Source of the DNA: Amphiscolops sp. MND2022
Taxonomy: Eukaryota
Assembly (NCBI GenBank): GCA_964187785.1
Contig: OZ076409.1
Coordinates: 70,372,001-70,436,000 of the forward strand
Length of the DNA: 64,000 nt
Reading direction: 5' to 3'
In this document: piece by piece, positions 52,401 to 64,000 of the stretch
How positions within the stretch are numbered: the first letter of the stretch is position 1
How the letters are laid out: the number at the start of each line of letters is the position of its first letter
Program-made: the position numbers and the translations under genes
Notes under the pieces: model-generated
What the model saw: only the letters and a program-made list of their open reading frames with translations
Database searches by the model: none
Told to the model about the DNA's origin: nothing

Positions 52401-52996
52401 CAGTTGACGATTATAAACAGTTTCAACAAGGCATTTATCACGAGCTCACACTGAAATCACAGTCAAGCCAGAAGAGACTTTTAAAGCAGTTGACCATGCA
52501 CCACCGCATTCAGCCAGCAAAATTCCTGCAGCAGAACCAACAATTGAAATAAAAGATGAACCAGAAGATCCTGTCTTAGAAACCAAAATAGAAAACATAA
52601 TTATCGAAAACACTTCTCTTGGAGCAATCAACGACGACACACTATCTGTGCTCAATAATTGCGACGAACCGATTCACAACACTTCTCTGCAAGCAAATGA
52701 AAGCGGAGACAATCTGACACTAAATAATTATAATCAGGATGAAATAACACCAGAAAACCAGCAGGAAATCAATGAAACATCCCTCAGTACAAGGCCAACG
52801 CGCAAGAAGGAAAAACCAAACATGTTCGGAGATTGGGTGTACGGGTAGTTAGCGGTCAAGCTGTTGGGTTATCTTTAAATTTATTATGCTGGGTGAATGT
52901 GGGAATCGATATATAGACACGTTTTGTATAATCAAGAATATGTTTGTTTCAGATAGTTGAAATAAAGTTTTAACCCCTATCGTTTTATTCACAACA
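49439..52996 (+). mobile_element. Gypsy/Ty3 LTR retrotransposon, defective (RT-RNaseH deleted)
   Basis: 99-bp LTRs at 49439-49537 and 52898-52996 (8 mismatches by eye), TSD TATTC/TATCC, gag with Zn knuckles (CLNCGIDGHFRSVC), protease LIDSGS, integrase (HSDRGSQF, TTPYHP). Confidence 0.9.
49651..50187 (+). mobile_element. Complete HINE-like copy inserted in Gypsy gag
   Basis: Removing it restores gag KLDLLLCCGEK (CTG T|TA CTT); no TSD. Confidence 0.82.
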
Positions 52997-53251
52997 TATC
53001 CGGAACAATTTGCGGACAGCTTGCAAAAAGTATTGCCTACGGCGATAGAACGAAATTCTCCATCGGGCTTTTTTAGCGTAAGTGGTTTCGCACCAAAGAA
53101 GTACGTTCAAAGTTCGGAAGATTCTTTTCCTTCGAGAATCACATTCTCAAGATTTGTTAGGGCTCTGAGAAAATTCGGTCCTGTTTGCCGGACTCCATGG
53201 CGGTGAAACCTTTCAAAATTCGGGAAAAAATGCCTTCCAAACCTGCATTAG

Positions 53252-53806
53252 GGTTACCAGTCACTTGGCTTAATACCATTTGGCTTAATTTTTTCGTCGA
53301 GTCATTTGGCTTAATAATTTTAAGCCAAGTCACCACAAAATTAAGCCAACTCCTTTCCAACTCAAGGGATAAATATGTCAACTCCCGGAAAAGTCAAAAT
53401 GTGGGGCATTTGCGGTGTATGCACGCTCGCCCTCACCGTCGCAAAGACCAGCTCCCACTACGATCGCTTCGCGATCTTCGTTCCCGCTAGGTCTTTGCTC
53501 CTGTTCGACCTCGCTTAGCAAGATGGGAATATAAACGGCCCCAAGATGCCGCAGGGCACTAGAGGAAATGGGGACATATCCGAGGGGTACTTGATATGAC
53601 GTTATAATAATACGCTGACTACGTTATAGAGATACATTCGACAAAATCTGCCACGTGTTTTCAACTAAGAGGTTTTAAGTCAAATGACTTTAGGCCAAGT
53701 GACCAATACCCGAGACACATAGGTTAAAAAAATTAAGCCAAGTGACCAATTTTATTAAGCCAAAAGACTTTAAGCCAAATGGCATTAAGCCAAGTGACCA
53801 TTTACT
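53252..53806. mobile_element. MITE with TTAAGCCAA arrays carrying core-B
   Basis: TIR ..GTCACTTGGCTTAAT / ATTAAGCCAAGTGAC.., TSD TGCATTAG (53244-51, 53807-14). Confidence 0.8.
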
Positions 53807-55249
53807 TGCATTAGAGCCGTTGGGGAACGACATTAGAGCCTTCTGAACGAAAAACTCCGAGGTTGAAAAACAATAGAGATATGTGGGGTCCGGAATAAAG
53901 CAAAGTTCCCACAGCGGATACTTCAGCTTGAGGGCCGTGTTGTTGTCAACCATGCAATCGGCTATCTTGCCGTCGCCTACTGCAGTTCTGTTTCCGGCTT
54001 CAACATTACCTTTGCCTAATTTAGTGCAAATGGATTGCAGACGTCGATCTAATTCGCTTTTTCGTTGCAATTTTTTGTCATTACACGGTTTTTTCACAAT
54101 GACACGATCCCGAGTACGCTTGTTGGTAATGGCACTAAGTGATGAACTCTCACATTTACCTACTCCAGGTGATTTTTCCAAAAAACACCTTGGAGAGGAA
54201 AGCAGTAAGCACTGCAAAGCAAAAGTTGACGCCGTTTCACAAATATTATCAATTTTAGGTATCAAGATTTCTGCTAGGGTGATCCGTGAAGTTTTAGTAA
54301 TTCTTTTCAAGTGTACAACGCCTGATTAAAAGAGGGTGTCTTGTCTAAAGGTAACATCATGACACTGACGGATAGCGTTCACTAAAAGACACCTACAGCA
54401 TTTAAACTCGGCAAGGCACAGGGCCTTTGTTCTTGATAAATTGGCGCATTTTATTTGAACCCATCAGTTGCAAAGCCTACAATTTACCCAGTCTATCAAC
54501 CCCGAGGGCTTTATACACTTCGGAGCATTGCTGGTTTTGTTGTTTTTCATCAAACTCAACCTCGAAACCTAACTAATAGCAGGAATACTACTTTTGGGTG
54601 CGTAACAATCTCCCCAGAAAACAACCACCATTGTGAATCAATCAGTATAGGAAACAAAACCTTGAATTGATGAAACGAAATATAAGTGGACTTATCTCAC
54701 CGGGTTGTGATAGTTTGTATTTTTTTCAGCGTCAGAGATGTTGTCCAGTTGTCTCAAATTCGAATCATTATCAACTTTATTCAATGAGTTGAGTTTATCA
54801 CAACAATTAGACTACCAAATGTAGAGCATTTACAAAAAACGTTCACACTATCCTTCATAATTTAAATATCAATGTAATGCAACTTTGCAATATTAGCGCG
54901 ACGAATGGCACAAGAAATGTTTTAGAAAGGAAGGTCTGATTTTATATGAAGAGATTAGCGTACTTGTCGTGTGTATGACTCGGTCGCTTCGATCCTTTCG
55001 CCAAGTAGCAACATTGAGGCATGGCCATTAACACGTCGCTCCGCTTCGCTTCTGCAATTAGGACACTAGGGGTATGTGAATATAGCTAATAACGTTATGC
55101 TAACTCCAACAAACTCCGCCACGCGTTTTCAACGTGGTGATTTTCAGTCAAATGGTATCAAGCCAAGTGAACAGTTACCCAACACGTTTGGCTTTACAAA
55201 ACTTGCCGAAGTGACCAAATGCACTCCTCATATTTGAAGATGTGAATGG

Positions 55250-58200
55250 AATGATCTCTCAAGGAATAAACTGTTCTAGTTTTGAAATTAAAAGTCAACT
55301 TGTTTCCATGATCAGTGTTTGGAGATAATGAAACCAAAGTCATCCATTTCATCAACGAAAAGAGAGAGTTTGCTGCAAAGCTTCAACTGGTCGGGTTTAT
55401 GCAAGCGGCTAAAATCGAAACTTTACATTTTGAGGGGTTAAAGTCAAAATTGTTCGATTCGCTCCATTCAGAAAGATGTTTATGTACGCTTGAGCTGATT
55501 CTGGATTGAAATTTTGGAAGTCGGTAGTGCCAATGCCGAGGGGTAAAACGCTTTTTATAGGAAGGTTCTATTTGATAAGCATTCATCTGATGCATGCATA
55601 AAACAATTAGGATAACATAAATAACACAAGGACATTATATACCAGTAATAGTGACAACATAAGATAAAACATTCATAACAGGCAACAGGAAAGATTCGGA
55701 ATTGGCTATCTTCTCTCCTGCACCAATATCATTCAAGAAACAAAAATAGCAACGGACTAAACGTGCTTCCCTGGACACATCAGATGCAACAGGTATGGGA
55801 GACGAGATAAATTGATTCATGCGAACCTTCTGGTACCAGCCAAACCGTTCGATGTTTCTAGAAAGTTACGATCGAGGTGAAATGTTTTTGGTTTTGACAA
55901 CAACGAACGATATGTTATCAGAGTCGAAACCTTTTGTGACATCATGTAGACAGGAACGGCATAGCACTCAAAAGAAGAATAAACACTATCAAAGAAACTA
56001 ATCATTTGAGAACAGGCATTTCATTTTCGTTTATAAACGGTATTGGCATTGACCAAAATGGTATTGGTATTGGGATTGAGTATTGAGTCACTACCAGGCT
56101 CATGTATTGGTACTGGTGCTGACCAAACATAGGCCAAATGTTGTCGATTTTCGAGAAGAGGTACTGGGAAAATTTCACACTCAAAACAATGAACATTTGT
56201 GCATTATCGATTGTAATTCTTTTGTACATGTCAATTTCCAGAAACGCACCAAAATTCAAGTCAATTTCAGGAAGATTTTATGTAGCACCATTTTTGGAGC
56301 TATGGGTCTTCACTAAATATTACATTCAAATGGGAAGTATTGGTATTGAGACCCTCGGTATTGGCTATGAGATAAACACTGTTGGTATTGATATTGGTAT
56401 TGAAAAACTTCCGAGGTATTGGTTCTGGTATTGGTTTCGATCCCCTAAGTACTGAAATTGTGGTATTGGTAATAGTATTGGTATTACAATCCCTGTTTGA
56501 CAAAACGTGCTTCTAGACTTATTGAAATCATTATGTTCATGCCTAATCAATTGACTTATTCTCGGGTAGTAAAATTTATTAAAGAATATTCTTTAAGTAC
56601 AAGCGACAGTTTGGGCAAGAAACTAATTGGTCTGTAGTTCGTAAAGTCCGAATGATTTCCAAATCTATTCAGAGGGCATATAAGAGAAATTTTCCACTAG
56701 AGGGCGGAGTAAGTTTTGATTAATCCAAAAAACATCAAAAGCAAGAGGGGCAGTGATGTCAGAAGAGTTATCACGAACAATTGATGGTTTATTGTCAGCA
56801 CTACATGCACTAGAATTGGGGCCTTTTCTCATCAGATAATCAACATCGGAAAGAGACCTTCGAAAGTCATCTATAATATTTGAAGTGTTATCCATTGTCT
56901 AAGGAAACTGATAATCGCATTTCTCATTGAACATATACGCAACAAGAAATGTTGAACTTTGATGTTTGTTCATCATGACCGCTGTTGAGAGCTTTTATGA
57001 TGTGAAACGCTACTGGGGATCTTTTTTTCGAACTCTAAGCGGCGTAAAAAAATGAAACATTAGCCAAAAGATGAAACATCAAACATATTACCGAGCAATT
57101 GTTTGTCCAGTCCAAGAGAACTTGAAAAAACTTTTATATTTTCTTTGAGTTTCAATGCCTGCAGGAAAGTTTTGCACTTCGATAATATACAAAGAACTGT
57201 ATCTCTGATGCACAATAGTTGAACAGTGTGAGAAGAAACGTATAACGGCAGTCAAAGTCGGCAATGGAGTTGTGTGGCAATGTTTAGTGGCAATGGAGTT
57301 GTTTAGAGATGAAGATAAAGTCAGACACCGATATTCAGGTGAATAGCTCGTTGAGATTATGACGAAACTAGTTACAGTAAACAAAGGTTTTAAAAACCCG
57401 TTGAATGAGGTTTCAATCAATGGTGATCCAAAAACCATTCTTAATTGAAGACACAGAAAATGTGAATTCAAAGCCAATTGTATATTAATAAGAGAGTTAA
57501 ACAGTGCTAATCAGCAAGATGAACAACGACTCTAACAGTAAACAACGTCAAGAATGCTTCAATTTGTATGGGTAGACTGGAGATTCATCTGAGACAACTA
57601 TCTTTGAAGAATAAAATCAAAAAACAACGTTCCATTGAAGAAGTGGAAGAATAGATTTCCACTCCACGCTGGGGAAGGTGAAATCAACAAGAATGTATAC
57701 ATTTTGGGTACCTGTGTAACCGATTTGTAGTTGGATATCAAAGAACTTCTTTTCGTTAGCTTCCAAACACCGAACTTTTCCGAAAAGGTCCACAGAGTAT
57801 TTAGAAGAGTAGTAGGGATGATTGTATTCCAATATAAAAATGAAGGAACATCGTTGAGAAATACAAAAGCGATGGTAAAATGCATGCCACAATGGTAACA
57901 TCAATTACAGGAAATGGATTTGTTGTTGAGTAGGCAAAAATTAAGCTACAGTGTTCACCTTGACACCTATAAGAGCGCGCAATGGTACGATAAGATGAAA
58001 CAAAAACGTCTTTTTTAGCCATGTTTCCGTGAGAAAAACTGAGTTAGAATTGCACAGATTGGTTAAACACATACGTTTTCCTTATGGAGTTATTGATTGA
58101 CAGCTCACTAGCATACCTAGCAAAGAGTCTACTCAAATAGATTCAACTTCCTTTTCTATGTTTTGAACAGAGAGATTTAGATTCCGAATACGAAAAATTT

Positions 58201-58500
58201 CTTGTCTATGTTTTTTGCCGGTATCACATGATACCTATCAAATAGAATGTTCTTTTCACGTTGGCGATAATCAGAAGATGAACGTTTTTTGATGTAGACA
58301 CGAAATTAGAATATTTGGTGATGGTGTCTGCGAGCAAAACAATGGTTCATGAGAAGAGGACTTGATGGAGTGACAAGAATTGGACGAGTCACTTCAATTT
58401 CAAAATCCCTTGCTATAGAAATTATTCTTGTCGGCAAATAGCATTTATATTGCTTTCAGTTGCACCGATGAGCTGAATAATATCATCAACAGTTTTTGTG
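55250..58500 (-). pseudogene. Decayed CR1/L2-type LINE ORF2
   Basis: Fragments: ILVDFTFPSVEW (APE), VASDVSREA..FLNDI (degenerate GVPQG..INDI), WSESNNFDFNPSKCKV; many stops and frameshifts. Confidence 0.65.
56013..56495. mobile_element. hAT-type MITE with GGTATT arrays
   Basis: CAGG../..CCTG ends, 8-bp TSD TTTGAGAA/TTTGACAA. Confidence 0.7.
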
Positions 58501-61470
58501 TCTTTTTCAACTTGTTTCAGGTATTATCTACTTTTTCATGTGTTCCAGTAATGACAGAGGAAGGTTTTTTGGCATTCAAAACAACATCTCGAGAAGAAGG
58601 AAGAAAGCTCGTAACAGTTATGTGAGGCATTTTTAATCAAGTCAGGTACAATTTCAGTTCCATAATTTTCAAAAGCTGCTTGAAAATAGAATAAAGTTGA
58701 AATCACCTCTTCTTCATCGTTATCTTCTTCATTGGCAGTGGAATGTCTATCGTGACAGTTCAATTGGATGTTGGGCTGGCTTCCCGGCCAGAAAATTCAT
58801 CAAGGTTTAGCCCAGCACAGGAACAATGAACCTGGATTTCAGACATAGGGAACACCCAATACAATCCATGTCGTTATCTTTAACCAACTTTAACCAACTG
58901 CAGCGTTTGCTTGTTGATTTAGAACCATACATTGGTCTGAACTTGGGGGTCAATACTTTAAATGTCAAACAAACTATTTAATACCCACTATTTCATACTT
59001 ACTTTCCCCAAGCCTACACTGATCAAGGAAAGAAGACCAGCGACACTTTATCCTTACGAATTCGTGGACCGCAAAATCGGTCAAAGACAGTACTTGAAAA
59101 GGGACATGAAGACTTGCAAATGGTTTAAACTCTGTCGAGTCTCTGATCCGAGCCACCAGCAACGAATTTCAAAAGCTTCGGAAGAATGACAATGAGAAAG
59201 CAAATTAAACTAAAATTTTAATTGGCTTATTCTTGCGACTTGCAATTCAGTGTGATAAACACAGAAATCCTTCTTGTGTCGAAGCTTAATAGAAGAAACG
59301 ACAGTTTGCCAATATCGGACGAATTGTCTCAGGGTTTTCGCACGGTGATCAGCTTTTTGAAGCAACGTATTTAAAATGCTCTACAAATCGGTAATGAATA
59401 ATTTTCTTACATACTCATCTTACTGTTTGTTGGGTTTCGTTTTTCAAATCGACGATCAGCGTGTGTTGTATTTTGTTTTGTTGTTTTGTTCCTGTCTGTC
59501 TACTGGGATAGTGCTGGCACTAGTAGCAGTAGTGCTTTGTCGTTTATTTCATTTCTCTTTGTTTGCAGGCCCCTTGTTGTATGTCATCTCCCACGTACAT
59601 GATAACCTACACGGCACTAGATTAATGACGAAGGTTTTTTTGGTCATCTGAAAAAAGACAAAAAAGGAAAGAGAAAAAAATTGTTGGCTGCAGTTGAAGC
59701 GAGAGCAGAGAAAAAACTTGAAGAACGCCACTGACTGATATCTGGAGAGGGTGTACCCAGGAATTGTCAGAGAAATTTCGAAACTACAGCGGAATAGTAT
59801 TGAGAATGACAGATTTTTCATGTCTGGAGAATTGATTCGCTGATTGATGATGAACCTTTTTTTGAAAAAATGTATGAAAAAAATCAGCTTGAAGGTCCAT
59901 TTATTAACGTCCTTTTTACATTATCTTGCAGTAACTGATTATCATGAATCAAAAACATCAATCGCCTCATCCAAAATTGACCAAGAGATGGTTGATTCGT
60001 CTTTTAGACTCCATAAAACTCTAAACGAAATGACCTAGGAAAAGGTGTACCGAAAAATCGAAGCTTGTTTTTGGGTTTAGGGACCTGGTGGACTTGATCA
60101 GAACATCGGTAGAGCTTGTGCCAGCTGAGCTACTGTCATACTCAGTTCTATCTTGTTGGCACATGTCCAAGCCTAATGTGAGAGCATGCACGGACAATCT
60201 GGATTTTTTCTTGGTTGTCAATATTAGAAATACGTGGTTAGATCCACAGAATACAATTTCACTGTATGAGCTGTGCTGCGCTGTGCTTCTTAGAATGCAT
60301 TGCTCCAACAGAAACGAAAAAACTTGCTTCACAATATTTTTCACAGGTGAACGTAGTCACTGTTACAGTAAAAAACTTGATTCCGAAAGCATTTTGTCGT
60401 AGATATAAGAGAGTCGATAAAATTTGGAACGCCAAATTCTCCCGGGACTTCAGCAGCGAAAAAATCGTATCCTTCACAATTCTGATAGTGCGAGCAGCCA
60501 TGTTTTTAAAGACAAACTGAATTTCGAGTCATAAAAGAGCGACAGTGTTGGCAGAATAATTTCTTCTGCTGAGATGACTTATTAGATAGGAGATCAAAAA
60601 CTGCAAACTTTCACTTCCTCTCACATAAACTATTTTTTTGTCATTTTTTTCATCATCTCATTTTTGATAACGACATGAACGTTTTGTTTGCATTGGCGAG
60701 TTTAAAGTTTTTCAAAATGGGCGTGTTATGGAGAAATTCCCTAACCGTCCAAGTTTTTGAAAACGTTTTCAGCACAGTCCCAGCTATGCTACTTTCTGAG
60801 ACGGTTTTGTCAAACCTTCGAGTACTGGATATGACGGGCTCGAGAACAATTAAAGCTATTTATTTGGAAACTGAAAATTTCTCGTTTAGCAGGAAAATTT
60901 ATTCAATTCATCAGGAAAAACAAATTTCTTTTCCATATTAACGTTGTGCAGACACAAGTTTGAAAATAAGGTGAGACTTTTTCCAATTTCTAGACAAACT
61001 GCGTAATTGTTGTTAGATTTTACGAAACTACTTTCGAAGTCAAATATTTTAGTATGCCTTTGATGATATTTTCGAGTGTCCCGCTGCATCGGATGCAAAA
61101 TCATGAACAATACTTGTAACAATAGAGACTTCAGAAAGGTCAAATGTTAGAAACGTTCCATAGACTCTGGAGATGAAAAAGATCCCATGTAAGTGAGAAA
61201 ACACAGTAACTTGGCCTGGTCTTTTTTCGAAAAAATCTCCGAACGGCTTGGCAAATTTTATCGTATCTGCCGCTGTCTAATAGCTATTTTCTGAACAACA
61301 GGAGTTCATCATTTTCCTACGTCAGTTCGTGCTCTTGGTTTGGAAATCAAAGCTTCGGTATCAAAAAATGGATACCGAAACCATTCAGTTCGTTTTGAAC
61401 GAAGAACTTGACTTTTCTTTAAAACGCTTCACTGTCAACGTCACAAGGACGTCCAACGGGTAAAGTGAAA

Positions 61471-61930
61471 ACAAGCCGGGAACGGCATAAGTCGGCGCCA
61501 TATGTAAGGCTAAAAACAGCAAAAAGACTTCAAAGTGTCAAGTATTCTTTTGAGTACCTGAAAAAACCTAAAAGTTGGAGCGAATTGGCGCGATAAAAAG
61601 GGTGGCTCTTTCAGATTTTTTACCACCCATTGTTGCAAAACATCAAAAAACAGAAGGGGCGACCCATTGGGGAAAATTATTTTTTCAAAAGAAGGTCTCA
61701 CAATGCCGGAAAAAAACTGAAAAGTGGACACTTTCGTCTCGTCCGGTAGTTTACTTTAGGCGGAAAAACTTGAAAAACCTTTTTGATTCAGTTCGCTAGG
61801 CCAAATGGTTCAATTTGAGACCATAAAATTTCGTAGAATTTTTGTAGAATTCTTTTGGTCAGTTCGCGTGGATTGAAAAAAAAGAGTCACTATAATACTC
61901 GCGTATCACTTCATGAACCGCCGACTGACA
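61471..61930 (-). mobile_element. HINE-like copy
   Basis: ACAAGCCGGGAACGGC..AGTCGGCGCC start, CGCCGACT end. Confidence 0.75.
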
Positions 61931-63096
61931 ATGAGACAACTAGCTTTGCCCAACCATCTCTAAGTTGCTTTTAAAACGTTTTTGACTTGAAGACTTAAAA
62001 AGAACTAGAAAAAACGGTTGAATGTGACAAGAACTGGAAACTGTTAAACATGGGTGAAGCGTAAAACAGTTGAATCTTTAGTTGTCAGCGAGTAACCGAA
62101 CGAAATTATGTGACATTTCATCTGGGAACAAAGCAGCTTCAAATTTCACGAAACAAATAAGCGTTATTGTTATGTGCTTTGTCACACTCCTCCTCAAAAT
62201 TCGAACAATGGGGGGAAGTCCATCTCCCGAACTGCATCTAACATTGCGGTTACAGGCGTTTTCGGATTTCGTTCCCGATCTCTCGAAAGGCACTATCCGT
62301 TCCAAGGTACTAAGCGAAGCCAACAACTGAAGCAAAACTTGCTCATTTATGCCTCAATGGGTCTTTGAATGTGTCTAACAACACCTTCATTTCTTGCGTT
62401 ATCCGTCGATATATCGCTCCTGACAAATGTTTTAAGTTGTTGTCTGAACTGATTTCACAAGCTAATTACCCGTTTTCAGCAATTCTTCTAATCTCATTTT
62501 GTCTAGAGTTTGAAATACTGTTCAAGTTGTGAATAATTAGGGATTAGAAATTAGAGCTTTATGGTTTTCTAGTAGAATCACCATATTCACTGTTTTCCCG
62601 CTCATAATGATCTCTACCGATCATCACGTTGATATTTTCGAGGTCAGAAATCATATTTGCCTCTCTTGATCTTCTACCATTATTCTTCTGCTTTCTTGTG
62701 GTAGGCATCAAAATCAACCGATTTGCAATTTTTAAACTAAATCGGAAGGTGATGATTGTAGATGGTTTGAACTCAACAAAAGTTTTACAATCGTGTGTGC
62801 CTCAGGAAGTGTTTCCAGTATATATACTTCTTTTAGCATGACCCTGCAAGTTCCTTTAGCAAGTTTTATTTACTATTTTACTGAAAAATGAACATACCAA
62901 TAACATTACCGCTAAAAGTAACACCTGAATACAAATACCAGTTTGACTTCAATGCGTCGGTAGTTTTCAAAATATTTGAGAAATACATCTACTGCACTTA
63001 GGCACGTGTTTACACGTGTTCGTTACAGCGATGCATAAAATGGGGTTGCATAAATTTTATGTTAAACAGGTGAGCATCCAACTGGCCTAAGCCGGG

Positions 63097-63365
63097 TACC
63101 TTACCAATGGTCAGTAACGAATATTCAGCCGGAACAAAGTTATTGTTTTGAACAAACAATTAAAAGGCATCTTCTTTACCAACAACGATCCACTTCAGAA
63201 CCTGTGAAAGGTGTCGAAAGACTCATTAACTTACCTTACCAATGGTCAGTAACGAATATTCAGCCGGAACAAAGTTATTGTTTTGAACAAACAATTGAAA
63301 GGCATCTTCTTTACCAACAACGATCCACTTCAGAATCTATGAAAGGTGTCTAAAGACTCATTAAC
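63097..63365. repeat. 135-bp tandem duplication
   Basis: Near-identical units starting at 63097 and 63232. Confidence 0.9.
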
Positions 63366-64000
63366 CACAGAAGCAACATTATTATGTCACTAATGCTCAT
63401 TGGATGAAAGGCAGCAAATATAGCTGGAACCGGCTACTTGCCTAACATATTACTTATCCATTGCTCCTCGCTTCAATTAGCCTTAACCGGCATATTGAAG
63501 AAATACGAAATACAGTCATTTGGTACAAGGAACAGTGTAATATGACTGGTTGAATAATAGGCACAAGCTACGTTGCCGTGAATGTACTTTTAAGCAATCG
63601 AACTGGTTTCCCTACAACTGCATAGTTTGTTTCAATTCACTTCACAGCCTTTTTATTCTTTTTACAACAACGCCAAAAATTCATCGAAAATGTTAAAAGA
63701 CTAGTACACGTTTGAAACGGTGGAATTACATGATACCAAATCATATGTACAAAATCAACCCCTATTAAGCAAACCAAAAACCAATTTCAATAAATGGGTA
63801 ATAATCCAGGGATAGAGACTTGGTTCCCGGCGCAAGTCGGGTACTTCGTGCCATCACAGGTGGAAACCTGCGACAATTAAAAATTATAGTCGTTGAGCCG
63901 TATAATCTTAGAAGAAACCTCATGCGAAACTAGACACAGAAAAATTGATGTAACAACAAGCAGTAACCGTCGGTAAGTAGCTACAAATAGTTGGGGAACC

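Larger units (their letters stand above)
49200..54330 (-). pseudogene. Decayed CRE-like non-LTR RT, interrupted by the Gypsy element and a MITE
   Basis: SFPNGSNA|GLEG joins across the MITE; FFGAKPLTLKKPDGEFRSIAVGNTFCKL; beyond the Gypsy, QVGVGSKRGVELASH..ILKIDF. Confidence 0.7.

Noticed and set aside
59900..62700. Possible decayed Bel/Pao and L2-like remnants on the minus strand
   Set aside because: Only scattered weak motifs (for example SSGDGLPP); not supportable without a profile search.

Overview
AT-rich, repeat-dense metazoan genomic DNA, not prokaryotic. One intron-rich host gene runs on the minus strand: an ERG/KCNH2-type gene whose first three exons encode the eag (PAS-cap, PAS, PAC) domain. 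It continues through phase-compatible low-complexity exons, a candidate ERG1b-like alternative first exon, and a candidate terminal exon encoding one S1-like transmembrane helix. No pore or CNBHD exons lie in the window. The rest is nested transposons. These include a full-length RTE LINE that starts with an HDV-like ribozyme fold and has a PHD-finger ORF, and a Penelope-like fragment with a minimal hammerhead. There is also a broken piggyBac, a Gypsy element with 99-bp LTRs and its RT-RNaseH deleted, and CRE and CR1/L2 relics. More than 10 copies of a Helentron-like (HINE/DINE-1-type) element are present, two with recoverable empty sites. Several hAT, Mutator and Tc1-like MITEs occur, and several unrelated ones carry a shared internal core. 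All calls were made by eye; no searches were run.
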